Origin: Desulfobacterales bacterium
GTDB taxonomy: Bacteria > Desulfobacterota > Desulfobacteria > Desulfobacterales > JAAELO01
Length of the DNA stretch: 64,000 bases
Direction: 5' to 3'
Assembly: GCA_024226555.1 (NCBI GenBank)
Contig: JAAELO010000754.1
Coordinates: 41,222-105,221, forward strand
Shown here piece after piece: positions 47,090 to 55,319 of this stretch (position 1 is the first letter of the stretch; each line of letters starts with the position of its first letter). Under the pieces are notes generated by a model, which was not told where the DNA came from, ran no database searches, and was given only the letters and a program-made list of their open reading frames with translations. Position numbers and translations under genes: made by a program.

Positions 47090-48510
47090 AGATAGGTAGT
47101 AAAATATTTCTTAGCTATCTTATAATTATTGGAGTTGGATTTTTTTATCTTACAAATATTGTAATCAAAAACATCGCTACCAGATATCTTGAAGGTGTTG
47201 AAGAATCTTTAGTTGATGAAGCAAGGATACTTGCTTCTTTTGCTTCTTTTGAGTTTGAAAAAAAAAGATTTACTATAGATAATTTCCATAAAGTTTTTGA
47301 TAATGTATATAAACAAAAATTCTCCGCCCGCATCTATAAATTATCAAAAAAAGATGTGGATGTTAGAGTTTATATAACTGATAAAAATGGAATACTTCTA
47401 TTTGATTCTAAAAGATTGTCAAAACCAGGAGCAAACTATTCTCAATGGCTCGATGTACACAAAACACTTTTAGGAAACTATGGTGCCAGATCCACTGCAT
47501 CAATTCCTGGAAATTCCGAATCAAGAGTTCTATACGTTGCATCACCTATAATTGTTAAATCTGAAGTAATAGGTGTTTTAACTGTTGCAAAACCTTCAAC
47601 CAATATTAATATTTTTATACATGACACCGCTGCAAAGGTTTTAAGATTTTCCTATTTAGCAGCCTTTGCCTTTGTTGTTCTAAGTTTTGTAATAGTGTTT
47701 CTAATAACCAAACCCATAAAAAAACTTACTGATTTTGCCAATGATATCCGTGAGGGTAAAAGAGTAAATCTTCCTAAACTCGGAAATGATGAGATAGGCC
47801 AAATGGGAAAGGCTTTTGAAGGAATGCTCGAAGAAATCGAGGGTAAAAAATATGTGGAGAAATATGTACACACTCTGACCCATGAGATTAAAAGCCCGGT
47901 TTCTGCAATAAAAGGTGCAGCTGAACTATTGAACGATGAGATGCCAAAAAAGCAAATGATGAAGTTCCTGAATAATATCAATACAGAATCACAGAGAATT
48001 CAGGATATTGTGGATAGGATGCTTGAACTGTCTTCCCTTGAAAACAGAAAGGAACTATCAGTAATTGAAGAGGTAAATTTAACTGAATTGCTAAAAGATG
48101 TTATTGAAAGTTTTGAACCTTTATTTAAAATGAAAGCTATAGATCTTAAACTGTTTTTAGATGATGAGTTAAAAAAACAAGGTGACCAGTTTGTTTTAAG
48201 GCAGGTTTTCGCAAATCTAATAAAAAATGCAATCGAATTTAGTTCTTTTAATGACACTTTAATTATATCATTAAAAAAAGAGAAGAATAACGAAATCGTT
48301 TTTGAGGTTATTGATTCAGGTCCGGGAATTCCTGAATATGCAATTGAAAAGTTGTTCGATAAATTCTACTCTCTTCCAAGACCTGAAACAGGTAAAAAGA
48401 GCACGGGTTTAGGACTCTCTTTTGTAAAAGAAGCAGTTTCACTTCATGGAGGAGTGGTAACAGTAAAAAACAGAAGTAAAGGTGGTGTTGTTTCTGCGAT
48501 TCATTTTTAA
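47086..48510 (+). CDS. sensor histidine kinase (CreC-like; periplasmic domain, HAMP, HisKA, HATPase)
   Basis: It has two TM segments and the H-box LTHEIKSPVSAIKG. It is translationally coupled to the regulator by an ATGA overlap. Confidence 0.85.
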   Translation: MKIGSKIFLSYLIIIGVGFFYLTNIVIKNIATRYLEGVEESLVDEARILASFASFEFEKKRFTIDNFHKVFDNVYKQKFSARIYKLSKKDVDVRVYITDKNGILLFDSKRLSKPGANYSQWLDVHKTLLGNYGARSTASIPGNSESRVLYVASPIIVKSEVIGVLTVAKPSTNINIFIHDTAAKVLRFSYLAAFAFVVLSFVIVFLITKPIKKLTDFANDIREGKRVNLPKLGNDEIGQMGKAFEGMLEEIEGKKYVEKYVHTLTHEIKSPVSAIKGAAELLNDEMPKKQMMKFLNNINTESQRIQDIVDRMLELSSLENRKELSVIEEVNLTELLKDVIESFEPLFKMKAIDLKLFLDDELKKQGDQFVLRQVFANLIKNAIEFSSFNDTLIISLKKEKNNEIVFEVIDSGPGIPEYAIEKLFDKFYSLPRPETGKKSTGLGLSFVKEAVSLHGGVVTVKNRSKGGVVSAIHF

Positions 48511-48527
48511 TGGTAATTTTTTTCCCA

Positions 48528-48604
48528 TGCAGAGATTTTATAAAACTAAAAGCTTTTATAAACGCTGTATTTCAATAATAATACTAATTATTAGAGGTTT
48601 CCCT
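48528..48604 (-). repeat. partial repeat in inverted orientation (ends AATTATTAGAGGTTTCCC)
   Basis: tgcagagattttataaaactaaaagcttttataaacgctgtatttcaataataatactaattattagaggtttccc. Confidence 0.75.
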
Positions 48605-48675
48605 ATATAGATACTTCTTTTCATGATAAAATCTCAAGTAATTGTTTAATTCATTTAAATTCTAAAAGGAATATT

Positions 48676-49059
48676 ATGGGAATTAAATATATAATTGATA
48701 AAGAGAAAAAAATCATTTTTGTGAAAAGGTTTGGAGCTATTAGCCCGGAAGAATTCATAAATGGTATGTTGGAAATAACTGCTCATAAAGATTTTAGCAA
48801 AGCAAATAAATTATATAGTGATATGTCTGTCTCCAACCTTTCTACTCTTTCACTTGAAGAATTAAATCAATATGCACGATTTTGTGGTGAAAAATTAAAT
48901 CAATTACTAATTATTGTAGTTGTCCCTCAAAATTTGAATTTTGGTGTCTCCCGTTTATTTGAGACATTACTTAATCAAGGAAATATTAAATTTGTAAAAG
49001 AGAAAACAGACGCATTAAGGTGGCTCGATATTAATTGTCTACCTGATGATTTTCAATAG
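48676..49059 (+). CDS. hypothetical protein
   Basis: 127 aa with no recognisable motifs, flanked by repeat elements. Confidence 0.35.
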   Translation: MGIKYIIDKEKKIIFVKRFGAISPEEFINGMLEITAHKDFSKANKLYSDMSVSNLSTLSLEELNQYARFCGEKLNQLLIIVVVPQNLNFGVSRLFETLLNQGNIKFVKEKTDALRWLDINCLPDDFQ

Positions 49060-49123
49060 AAATCTATTTAATTCAAATATTATAACGTAATAACGTCAGG
49101 ATTTCAGTTAAAAAGCTGTTATT

Positions 49124-49143
49124 AAAGATTCCCTATTGTCTAA
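49124..49143 (+). repeat. solo right-TIR fragment (AGCTGTTATTAAAGATTCCC)
   Basis: An isolated TIR match upstream of the acyltransferase gene. Confidence 0.5.
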
Positions 49144-49214
49144 ATTCTGAACTTTGTGTATGTATCATGCAATCTTGTTGGATAAATTATTAACAGTATT
49201 ATAAGGACTGTAGC

Positions 49215-50102
49215 ATGTTGCATTTTCTACCAGGTCGTCTTAAAGGAATATTGGCTTTTTTTCTAATTGTAATTAATACAATTATAATCTTTATTCCAAT
49301 AATGATTATTGCTGTCTTCAAACTGATCCTTCCCATAAATATTATTAGAAATTTGTTTAGTAGAATATTGATTGTGATTGCAAACCAATGGGTTCGTACA
49401 AACTCATATATTTTCAAATTCCTTCATCGTATAAACTGGGATGTTAAGGGAATTGACGCGCTCAAAAAAAATGAATGGTGTCTTGTAATCTCCAATCATC
49501 AAACCTGGGTAGATATTTTTGTATTACAGACAAACCTTCTAAACAGAGTTCCTTACATTAAATTTTTTTTAAAAAAAGAATTAATATGGGTCCCTCTAAT
49601 GGGCCTTGCATGGTGGGCTCTTGATTTTCCTTTCATGGAAAGATACTCCAGATCCTTTCTGGAAAAAAACCCTCATTTGAGAGGTAAGGATGTTGAAAAA
49701 ACAAGAAAGGCATGTGATAAGTTTAAAAACAGTCCTGTTTCCATAATGAACTTTGTTGAAGGAACCAGATTCACCACTGAAAAACATAAAAAACAGCAAT
49801 CACCTTTTAAAAATTTATTAAAGCCTAAAGCTGGAGGTGTTGCTTTTGTTTTAGGCGCTATGGGCGAGCATCTCGATTGTATCGTTGATTTCACAATTTC
49901 GTATCCTGAAAAAGTTCCGGGATTCTGGGATTTTCTATGCGGTCGTACAACTCATATTAAAATAGATGTAAAAAAAATAGCAGTAACTCCAGAAATATTA
50001 GGTAATTATGATAATGATCCCGAATTTAAACAAAAGTTCCAAATTTGGGTTAATGACCTATGGGAAGAGAAAGACAAAAAACTTGAAAATATTTTTGAAT
50101 AG
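49215..50102 (+). CDS. lysophospholipid/glycerol-phosphate acyltransferase family (PlsC-like) membrane protein
   Basis: It has an N-terminal TM segment, the HX4D motif NHQTWVDIF and the FVEGTR motif (block III). Confidence 0.75.
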   Translation: MLHFLPGRLKGILAFFLIVINTIIIFIPIMIIAVFKLILPINIIRNLFSRILIVIANQWVRTNSYIFKFLHRINWDVKGIDALKKNEWCLVISNHQTWVDIFVLQTNLLNRVPYIKFFLKKELIWVPLMGLAWWALDFPFMERYSRSFLEKNPHLRGKDVEKTRKACDKFKNSPVSIMNFVEGTRFTTEKHKKQQSPFKNLLKPKAGGVAFVLGAMGEHLDCIVDFTISYPEKVPGFWDFLCGRTTHIKIDVKKIAVTPEILGNYDNDPEFKQKFQIWVNDLWEEKDKKLENIFE

Positions 50103-50166
50103 TTTTTTAAAGGAAAATCTGATAACTGCCTCTTGAACTAACTAACGAATTAATTCGGTCAAAAGA

Positions 50167-50356
50167 CAGTTATTTGAGATTCACTTTAACAGCACATTTA
50201 TTGAACTACAAAAAATAGTGTTATCAGAGGGAATCTCTAATAATCCTTTTAATCGAACTACTGCATTTTCAACAAAAACAACTGCAGTAAAATCAACCCA
50301 TTGTTTTTTTCTTAGTCTTGTATTTCAATCAAAATTCTAATTATTAGAGGTTCCCT
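50167..50356 (-). repeat. repeat copy in inverted orientation with an extra degenerate TIR (CAGTTATTTGAGATTCAC at 50167; GGGAATCTCTAATAAT at 50229; AATTCTAATTATTAGAGGTTCCC at 50334-50356)
   Basis: ...cattgtttttttcttagtcttgtatttcaatcaaaattctaattattagaggttccc matches the copies at 7540-7596 and 34100-34165. Confidence 0.75.
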
Positions 50357-50414
50357 GAAATTATAAAGCTTAAAATATTTTAAAAAGGGCCTTTTTACAT
50401 GCCCCTTTTAAAAA

Positions 50415-52145
50415 CTAACCTTCTGTTTCTTTTGGGTCTCCGTTGTTAACAGAAATCCCAAGATTTTCAGCTAAGGCCATTGCTTTATGAGCAAATGTTG
50501 ACAAAAAATCAAAAGTTGAATCATTATTGCCGGTTTGCAATACTTTTAGTTCATTTATCTCAGGCATCTCTTTAGCGATATCAGGCAATTGCTCAAAAAA
50601 TGTTTTTAATAGCAGGTTATTATTTATAATATTATTTATCTCTTGCCTTGCCCTTTTTACTTCTGTTTCGTTTTTAATTTGTGTCATTTTTACTTCATTG
50701 CTTTTCTTCTGAAGTTCAAGAGTGCTAATATGTGCTGCTTTTTCCCGATCTAACTGAGATTTTTGAACCATTCCATCATAATCATCATACAATTTTTGAA
50801 GTGCTATCTTTAAGTTGGTTTCGATCTCCTGAACTTTAGTTTCCAACTCAATTCTTTTTTGATCAGATTTTGATTTTGCTGTGTTAAGACGTAACCCCTC
50901 AGCTATGAAATGTTCTTCTCGATTTACTTCCATGGTTTTGCTTTGAATTTCAGCATCAGCATTTAATCTTGCTTTTTCACGATCCTTTTCACTCTCCATC
51001 TCATAGGTTTTAATTTCATTCTCCTGTATTATTTTATTTTCCTGTATTTTAATTCGTTGTTCAGATTCCAGATGAATTACTTTTGTCTGTTCTTCAAGGG
51101 AGATTTTTTCACGAACAGACTCCTGTTGTTTATTAAATCGAATTGCCTCTTCTGAGAGTTTAAGATTAACAGCTTCTGTTTCTTTATTTTGTTTTGTACG
51201 TTCTATCTCAACCATTGTTTCTGCTTCATTTATCTCTTTTTGCTGCCTTGAGTCCAACTCTTTTTTACGAATATCATTTTGTATTGATAACTGACTAAGT
51301 CTGGCATTTTTATCCTGTTGATGCCGAAATGGTGCCTGGAGATCTTCCCAAAGCCTTGTAGAACTCACCAAAGCTTCTCTTAATTGAACGGTAACAATTT
51401 TAATTCCAAGCCCATGATCACCCTCATCATTTTTACTACTCTCCTCAGCAACCTCACTCAATCTGTTGGTTAACTCTTCAATGATAGGAGCTTTATCAGT
51501 CAAAACCTCTTCAACACTCATGGTTGAAATTTTGTCTTTTATGGCTGCTTCTGCCTGTTCTCTTAGCTGTGCATTTACAATGCCTAATGGATCATTAATA
51601 TTTGAAAAATCAAGTTTCTTATATGCAATTGAAAAATCATCTATTTGCCACTGTACATAAGCCAGAACATTAATACCTTGTTTTTCCATGCTTATACAGT
51701 TTGCAACTACTCCAATTGTTTGCATGGCAGCCGGTACTATAATATAAGAATCTTTATAAGGGTTAAATCCAAATGACAATCCAAGTCCTAATGTTACTGG
51801 TTTTTTGCGTTTCATTCTTGTGTGAACAACATATGCATTTGGAGGTACTATTATTCGTTTCCAAAATCCAAAACCTGTTTCCCTTATTGGTACAATATCT
51901 TTTTCTAATTGCAGTTCTTCAGAGGTTTTCATCATTTTAACTGGTCCTTTCCTGAAAGATGAAGATCTTCTTGAAAGCTTAGGTGGAGATGATGGTGCCG
52001 GCATCACCATTTGTTGTTCATATTCAGGCATTAATTCTTGCTGTTCAGAAGAACTCCCAGCCCCTAATAACTCATCGACAGCCTCTTCAGACATGACATT
52101 TTGTTCATAAAAACTTTCAGTTGCAGCCTTCTGTTTTTGCTTCAT
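50415..52145 (-). CDS. flotillin-like SPFH/band-7 protein with long C-terminal coiled coil
   Basis: The SPFH core is NAYVVHTRMKRKKPV...LAYVQWQIDD...LGIVNAQLREQAEAAIKD. About 300 aa of heptad-rich E/K/Q sequence follow. The N-terminal 70 aa are acidic/Ser-Pro-rich with no obvious TM helix. Confidence 0.75.
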   Translation of the reverse strand: MKQKQKAATESFYEQNVMSEEAVDELLGAGSSSEQQELMPEYEQQMVMPAPSSPPKLSRRSSSFRKGPVKMMKTSEELQLEKDIVPIRETGFGFWKRIIVPPNAYVVHTRMKRKKPVTLGLGLSFGFNPYKDSYIIVPAAMQTIGVVANCISMEKQGINVLAYVQWQIDDFSIAYKKLDFSNINDPLGIVNAQLREQAEAAIKDKISTMSVEEVLTDKAPIIEELTNRLSEVAEESSKNDEGDHGLGIKIVTVQLREALVSSTRLWEDLQAPFRHQQDKNARLSQLSIQNDIRKKELDSRQQKEINEAETMVEIERTKQNKETEAVNLKLSEEAIRFNKQQESVREKISLEEQTKVIHLESEQRIKIQENKIIQENEIKTYEMESEKDREKARLNADAEIQSKTMEVNREEHFIAEGLRLNTAKSKSDQKRIELETKVQEIETNLKIALQKLYDDYDGMVQKSQLDREKAAHISTLELQKKSNEVKMTQIKNETEVKRARQEINNIINNNLLLKTFFEQLPDIAKEMPEINELKVLQTGNNDSTFDFLSTFAHKAMALAENLGISVNNGDPKETEG

Positions 52146-52432
52146 GTTATTTATCCTTTTTAATTTCCTGTTTTAGGCTATATCTGTTGTCAATTATAGA
52201 GATTTAAGGAATTTATTTCTATTTTTTTGTTAATAATATCATGGAACCTCTAAAGTGGACAAATATTTGATTTCAAAATAGAAATAACAATTTATGCCTA
52301 CCTTCTGAAGTAATAATCAAAAATCAGAAGAATAGAAAGAATAGCCTGTACAGAGTAGTTCAATTTCAACATGCGATAGTTCATATAATAAGAAATAGCT
52401 TTCTTTCAGTCAAGTCATTTAAGGGAACCTCT

Positions 52433-52604
52433 AATAATTAGAATTTTGGATGAAATACAAGGCATTTCAAAAAATAACGAGCCGATTTTATTACAGTTTT
52501 TTTTGGAAATAACAATGTATTTCGTCAAAAGAGAGGTTATTAGAGATTCCCTACAGTTTTATTTTTGTTATATCTGTGTTTCGCAAAAAGATCAGTTATT
52601 ACCC
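52433..52604 (+). repeat. complete module A repeat (52433-52551) followed directly by a partial second copy (52552-52604, ending CAGTTATTACCC)
   Basis: GGGAACCTCTAATAATTAGAATTTTGGATGAAATACAAGGCATTTCAAAAAATAACGAGCCGATTTTATTACAG...GAGGTTATTAGAGATTCCC, then acagttttatttttgttatatctgtgtttcgcaaaaagatcagttattaccc. Confidence 0.85.
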
Positions 52605-52748
52605 TTGATATATTTGATTTTAAAGTAATTAATACTTTTCTTCTGTTTTTTTGATATTGAATATTTATAATATTTTATATAAAATAAAGCATTGAGCATG
52701 AAATGAAACCTGATTCATTATTTAATACTGAAATTACAAATCCAAATT

Positions 52749-53220
52749 AGTTACTAAAGATTCCCTAAAGTGTTGTTTTAGAGATATTTTTATAATCATG
52801 TATAACTCTTTTAAATGGAGGATTATATGAAACAGGAAGTTCTGGATTACAACTTTGTACGTCACTGCCCCAATGAAGATCAAATTAAAAGGTATGATTC
52901 CATAAGGAGTCAAATTAAAAAAGCTGCAGAACTTATCAATAAAATTTGCCCTGAAGGGCGGGAAAAAGAGCAGGCAATTGTAAACATCGAACAGGCGATG
53001 TTCTGGGCAAATGCATCTATTGCCCGTGAAGATTCCTGTTAGTTATTTTATTTAGAGGTTCCTTAGTATTTTTTTTGGAACAGGCGAAATTCATTTTTGT
53101 TGTACATCAGAAATATTCTGATTTCGCATTTCTCTGAATCTTTACCAAACATTATAAATGATAATAGATGTAAAATACCTACTGCCATAAAATATAACAA
53201 ATTTTAAAATAGAGATTCCC
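52749..53220. repeat. three solo TIR fragments (52749-52765 AGTTACTAAAGATTCCC; 53051-53063 TTTAGAGGTTCC; 53211-53220 AGAGATTCCC) scattered in an AT-rich gap
   Basis: Short matches to the TIR core, with no interior modules. Confidence 0.4.
52815..53042 (+). CDS. small hypothetical protein
   Basis: 75 aa ORF with a plausible GGAGGA RBS (52807-52812) in an AT-rich, repeat-littered gap. Confidence 0.3.
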   Translation: MEDYMKQEVLDYNFVRHCPNEDQIKRYDSIRSQIKKAAELINKICPEGREKEQAIVNIEQAMFWANASIAREDSC

Positions 53221-53559
53221 AAAAACATTTCTGATTCATATCTGTCTCGCTAAATTATCTATAAATAGTATATGTTGAATGATTAATTATTTGAAAACTG
53301 TAATAATAAACTACTAAATTTCTAACATTCATATTTTTATTCATGGTATAAAATTATGACAGTTTATTGTTTTTTTGAGAAAATATGATATACTGACATA
53401 GTATTTTTGCCAGTCAAATTCTAAGGCATGCATTAAGGTCTTCACCAATAAAATTTTATTTTTAATTTTTAAAAACAGTAAATCTATTGATGCTTTTAAA
53501 ATTTAAACCTGCATCTGGTGTATTATGTTCCGATTCAGGGTTATTAAAGGAAATTAAAT

Positions 53560-54564
53560 ATGAAAAAAAAGGCGCTGATACTTGGAGCAGGAGGACCTCT
53601 TGGCGGACTTGAAGCCGGAGCTTTGTTAGCACTTGATGAAAAAGGGGTTAAATTTGATATTATTTCAGGGGCATGTATTGGTTCAATAATCGGTCTTGCT
53701 TATTCAAGCCCGGCAAATGGTATGACAGGTCCCGAAGCAGTGGAAAAATGGTGTAATGCATCTGGTTTATCGGATCAGATTTACTACAATTTCTGTGAAT
53801 CAAATTATAAGGTTTTCCAAAAGAATGCAGGTCCTTTAAATGAGATTTCAGATAATTTCCTTAAAAACATGACTGAAGCAAATCCTTTCTATACTATAGA
53901 TCCAAAAAATGAAATCAGTAGATATTACAACGATATGTATCTATACTGGTTAACGTTATGTACACCTTCTTTGGAGTGGCCAACCAAGACATCAATAAGC
54001 AGAATAGCTCCATTTCTCGATAATTTCATAGATTTTGAAAATATAAAAAATATCGAGAAAGATGTATACATCAATGCACTTAACATAACTGACAAAAAAA
54101 TAGAGATATTTGGTAAAGATAAGATAACTATGTCACATATTATCGCAGGTTCATCTCTGTTTTTCATTTGTCCCCAGCAAAAAATTGATGGAAAATTGTA
54201 TGGAGAAGGGTCATATCTTGACTGTCTAAATTATGAAGGGCTTATAGGAAAAGATGAAGATATCGATACAATTGTTGTAATGAACATTATGAATAAAGAA
54301 GCATTAATAAGAGAACCACGAAATACTTATGATGCTTATAATCTTTCTATAATGCTACCATTTGTAACAATTGCTGCAGATGATACTAAATTATTTGAAG
54401 CAAAACATCTCAAACACAGAACATTACTTAAGGTTCCATTCCACATTCCGGATGAGATAGCTCCAAATGTAATGGACTGGAGTGCTTCAAACTTTAAGAA
54501 ACTCCGTGATATAGGCTATGAAGAGGGCTTAAAATTTTATCAGCAAAATAAAAGTAAACTATAG
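53560..54564 (+). CDS. patatin-like phospholipase-fold protein with Cys at the nucleophile position (G-x-C-x-G)
   Basis: ALILGAGGPLGGLEAGALLALDE...DIISGACIGSIIGLAYSS aligns to the patatin oxyanion loop plus nucleophile elbow. GACIG replaces G-x-S-x-G, Leu replaces the oxyanion-hole Arg, and the later IDGKLYGEG stands in place of the DGG/A Asp motif. Confidence 0.65.
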   Translation: MKKKALILGAGGPLGGLEAGALLALDEKGVKFDIISGACIGSIIGLAYSSPANGMTGPEAVEKWCNASGLSDQIYYNFCESNYKVFQKNAGPLNEISDNFLKNMTEANPFYTIDPKNEISRYYNDMYLYWLTLCTPSLEWPTKTSISRIAPFLDNFIDFENIKNIEKDVYINALNITDKKIEIFGKDKITMSHIIAGSSLFFICPQQKIDGKLYGEGSYLDCLNYEGLIGKDEDIDTIVVMNIMNKEALIREPRNTYDAYNLSIMLPFVTIAADDTKLFEAKHLKHRTLLKVPFHIPDEIAPNVMDWSASNFKKLRDIGYEEGLKFYQQNKSKL

Positions 54565-54574
54565 GGAAAAAGAT

Positions 54575-55315
54575 ATGATGAAAAGATATTGTTTATACAC
54601 CATTTTAACAGTTCTGGTTGCTCATCTTTTTTTATTCCTGAACTATGCAAACGCTACAACAAGCAGTCTAAAGTATGCATACATCGAATTTCCACCATTT
54701 ACTTATACAGATACCAATAAACAACCAAGTGGTTTTCTTGTGGACTGGGCATCTAAAATTTTTCCAAAAGCAGGGTATAAGTTCACCTCAGAATCTCTAC
54801 CGGTTTTGCGGCTTGCAGGATACATAGTTGATGGAAAGGTTGATATATGGATGGGCCTTAAAACTCTACCACAGTTTAAAAATACCACTTATAAAGGAAC
54901 TGTAAAAATTACAGATCTTATTTTAAGGGCATATACAACGAAAAAAAATAAAAAAATTATTAAAAAGGAGGATTTAAAAGGTACATCTGTAATTATTTTG
55001 AGAGGATATAGCTATGGTGGATGGATTAATTACATCAAAAACCCCAAAAATAGTGTGGACTATCTGAAGGCTAATAAGCATACCTCTGCCCTGAAAATGT
55101 TACGTGCTGGAAGAGGTGATTATCTTTTAGACTACAAGGCCCCTTGTAATATTGCACAGAAAAAAGTTACTATAAAAAATTTAAAGCATAATGACATCTC
55201 ATCTTTACCAATTTATTTCATAGTTTCAGGAAAACTAAAAAATGGTGGAGATGTATTAAAAAACCTGGAAAGAGAATTTGAGAAACTTAAAAATTCTGGA
55301 AAACTAAAGTATTAG
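54575..55315 (+). CDS. secreted substrate-binding-protein-like protein (paralogue of 5628-6365 and 6475-7215), immediately upstream of a hybrid kinase
   Basis: It has a signal peptide. IILRGYSYGGW...RAGRGDYLLDYKAPCNIAQ matches the same SBP family-3-like fold. Confidence 0.55.
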   Translation: MMKRYCLYTILTVLVAHLFLFLNYANATTSSLKYAYIEFPPFTYTDTNKQPSGFLVDWASKIFPKAGYKFTSESLPVLRLAGYIVDGKVDIWMGLKTLPQFKNTTYKGTVKITDLILRAYTTKKNKKIIKKEDLKGTSVIILRGYSYGGWINYIKNPKNSVDYLKANKHTSALKMLRAGRGDYLLDYKAPCNIAQKKVTIKNLKHNDISSLPIYFIVSGKLKNGGDVLKNLEREFEKLKNSGKLKY

Positions 55316-55319
55316 ATGA

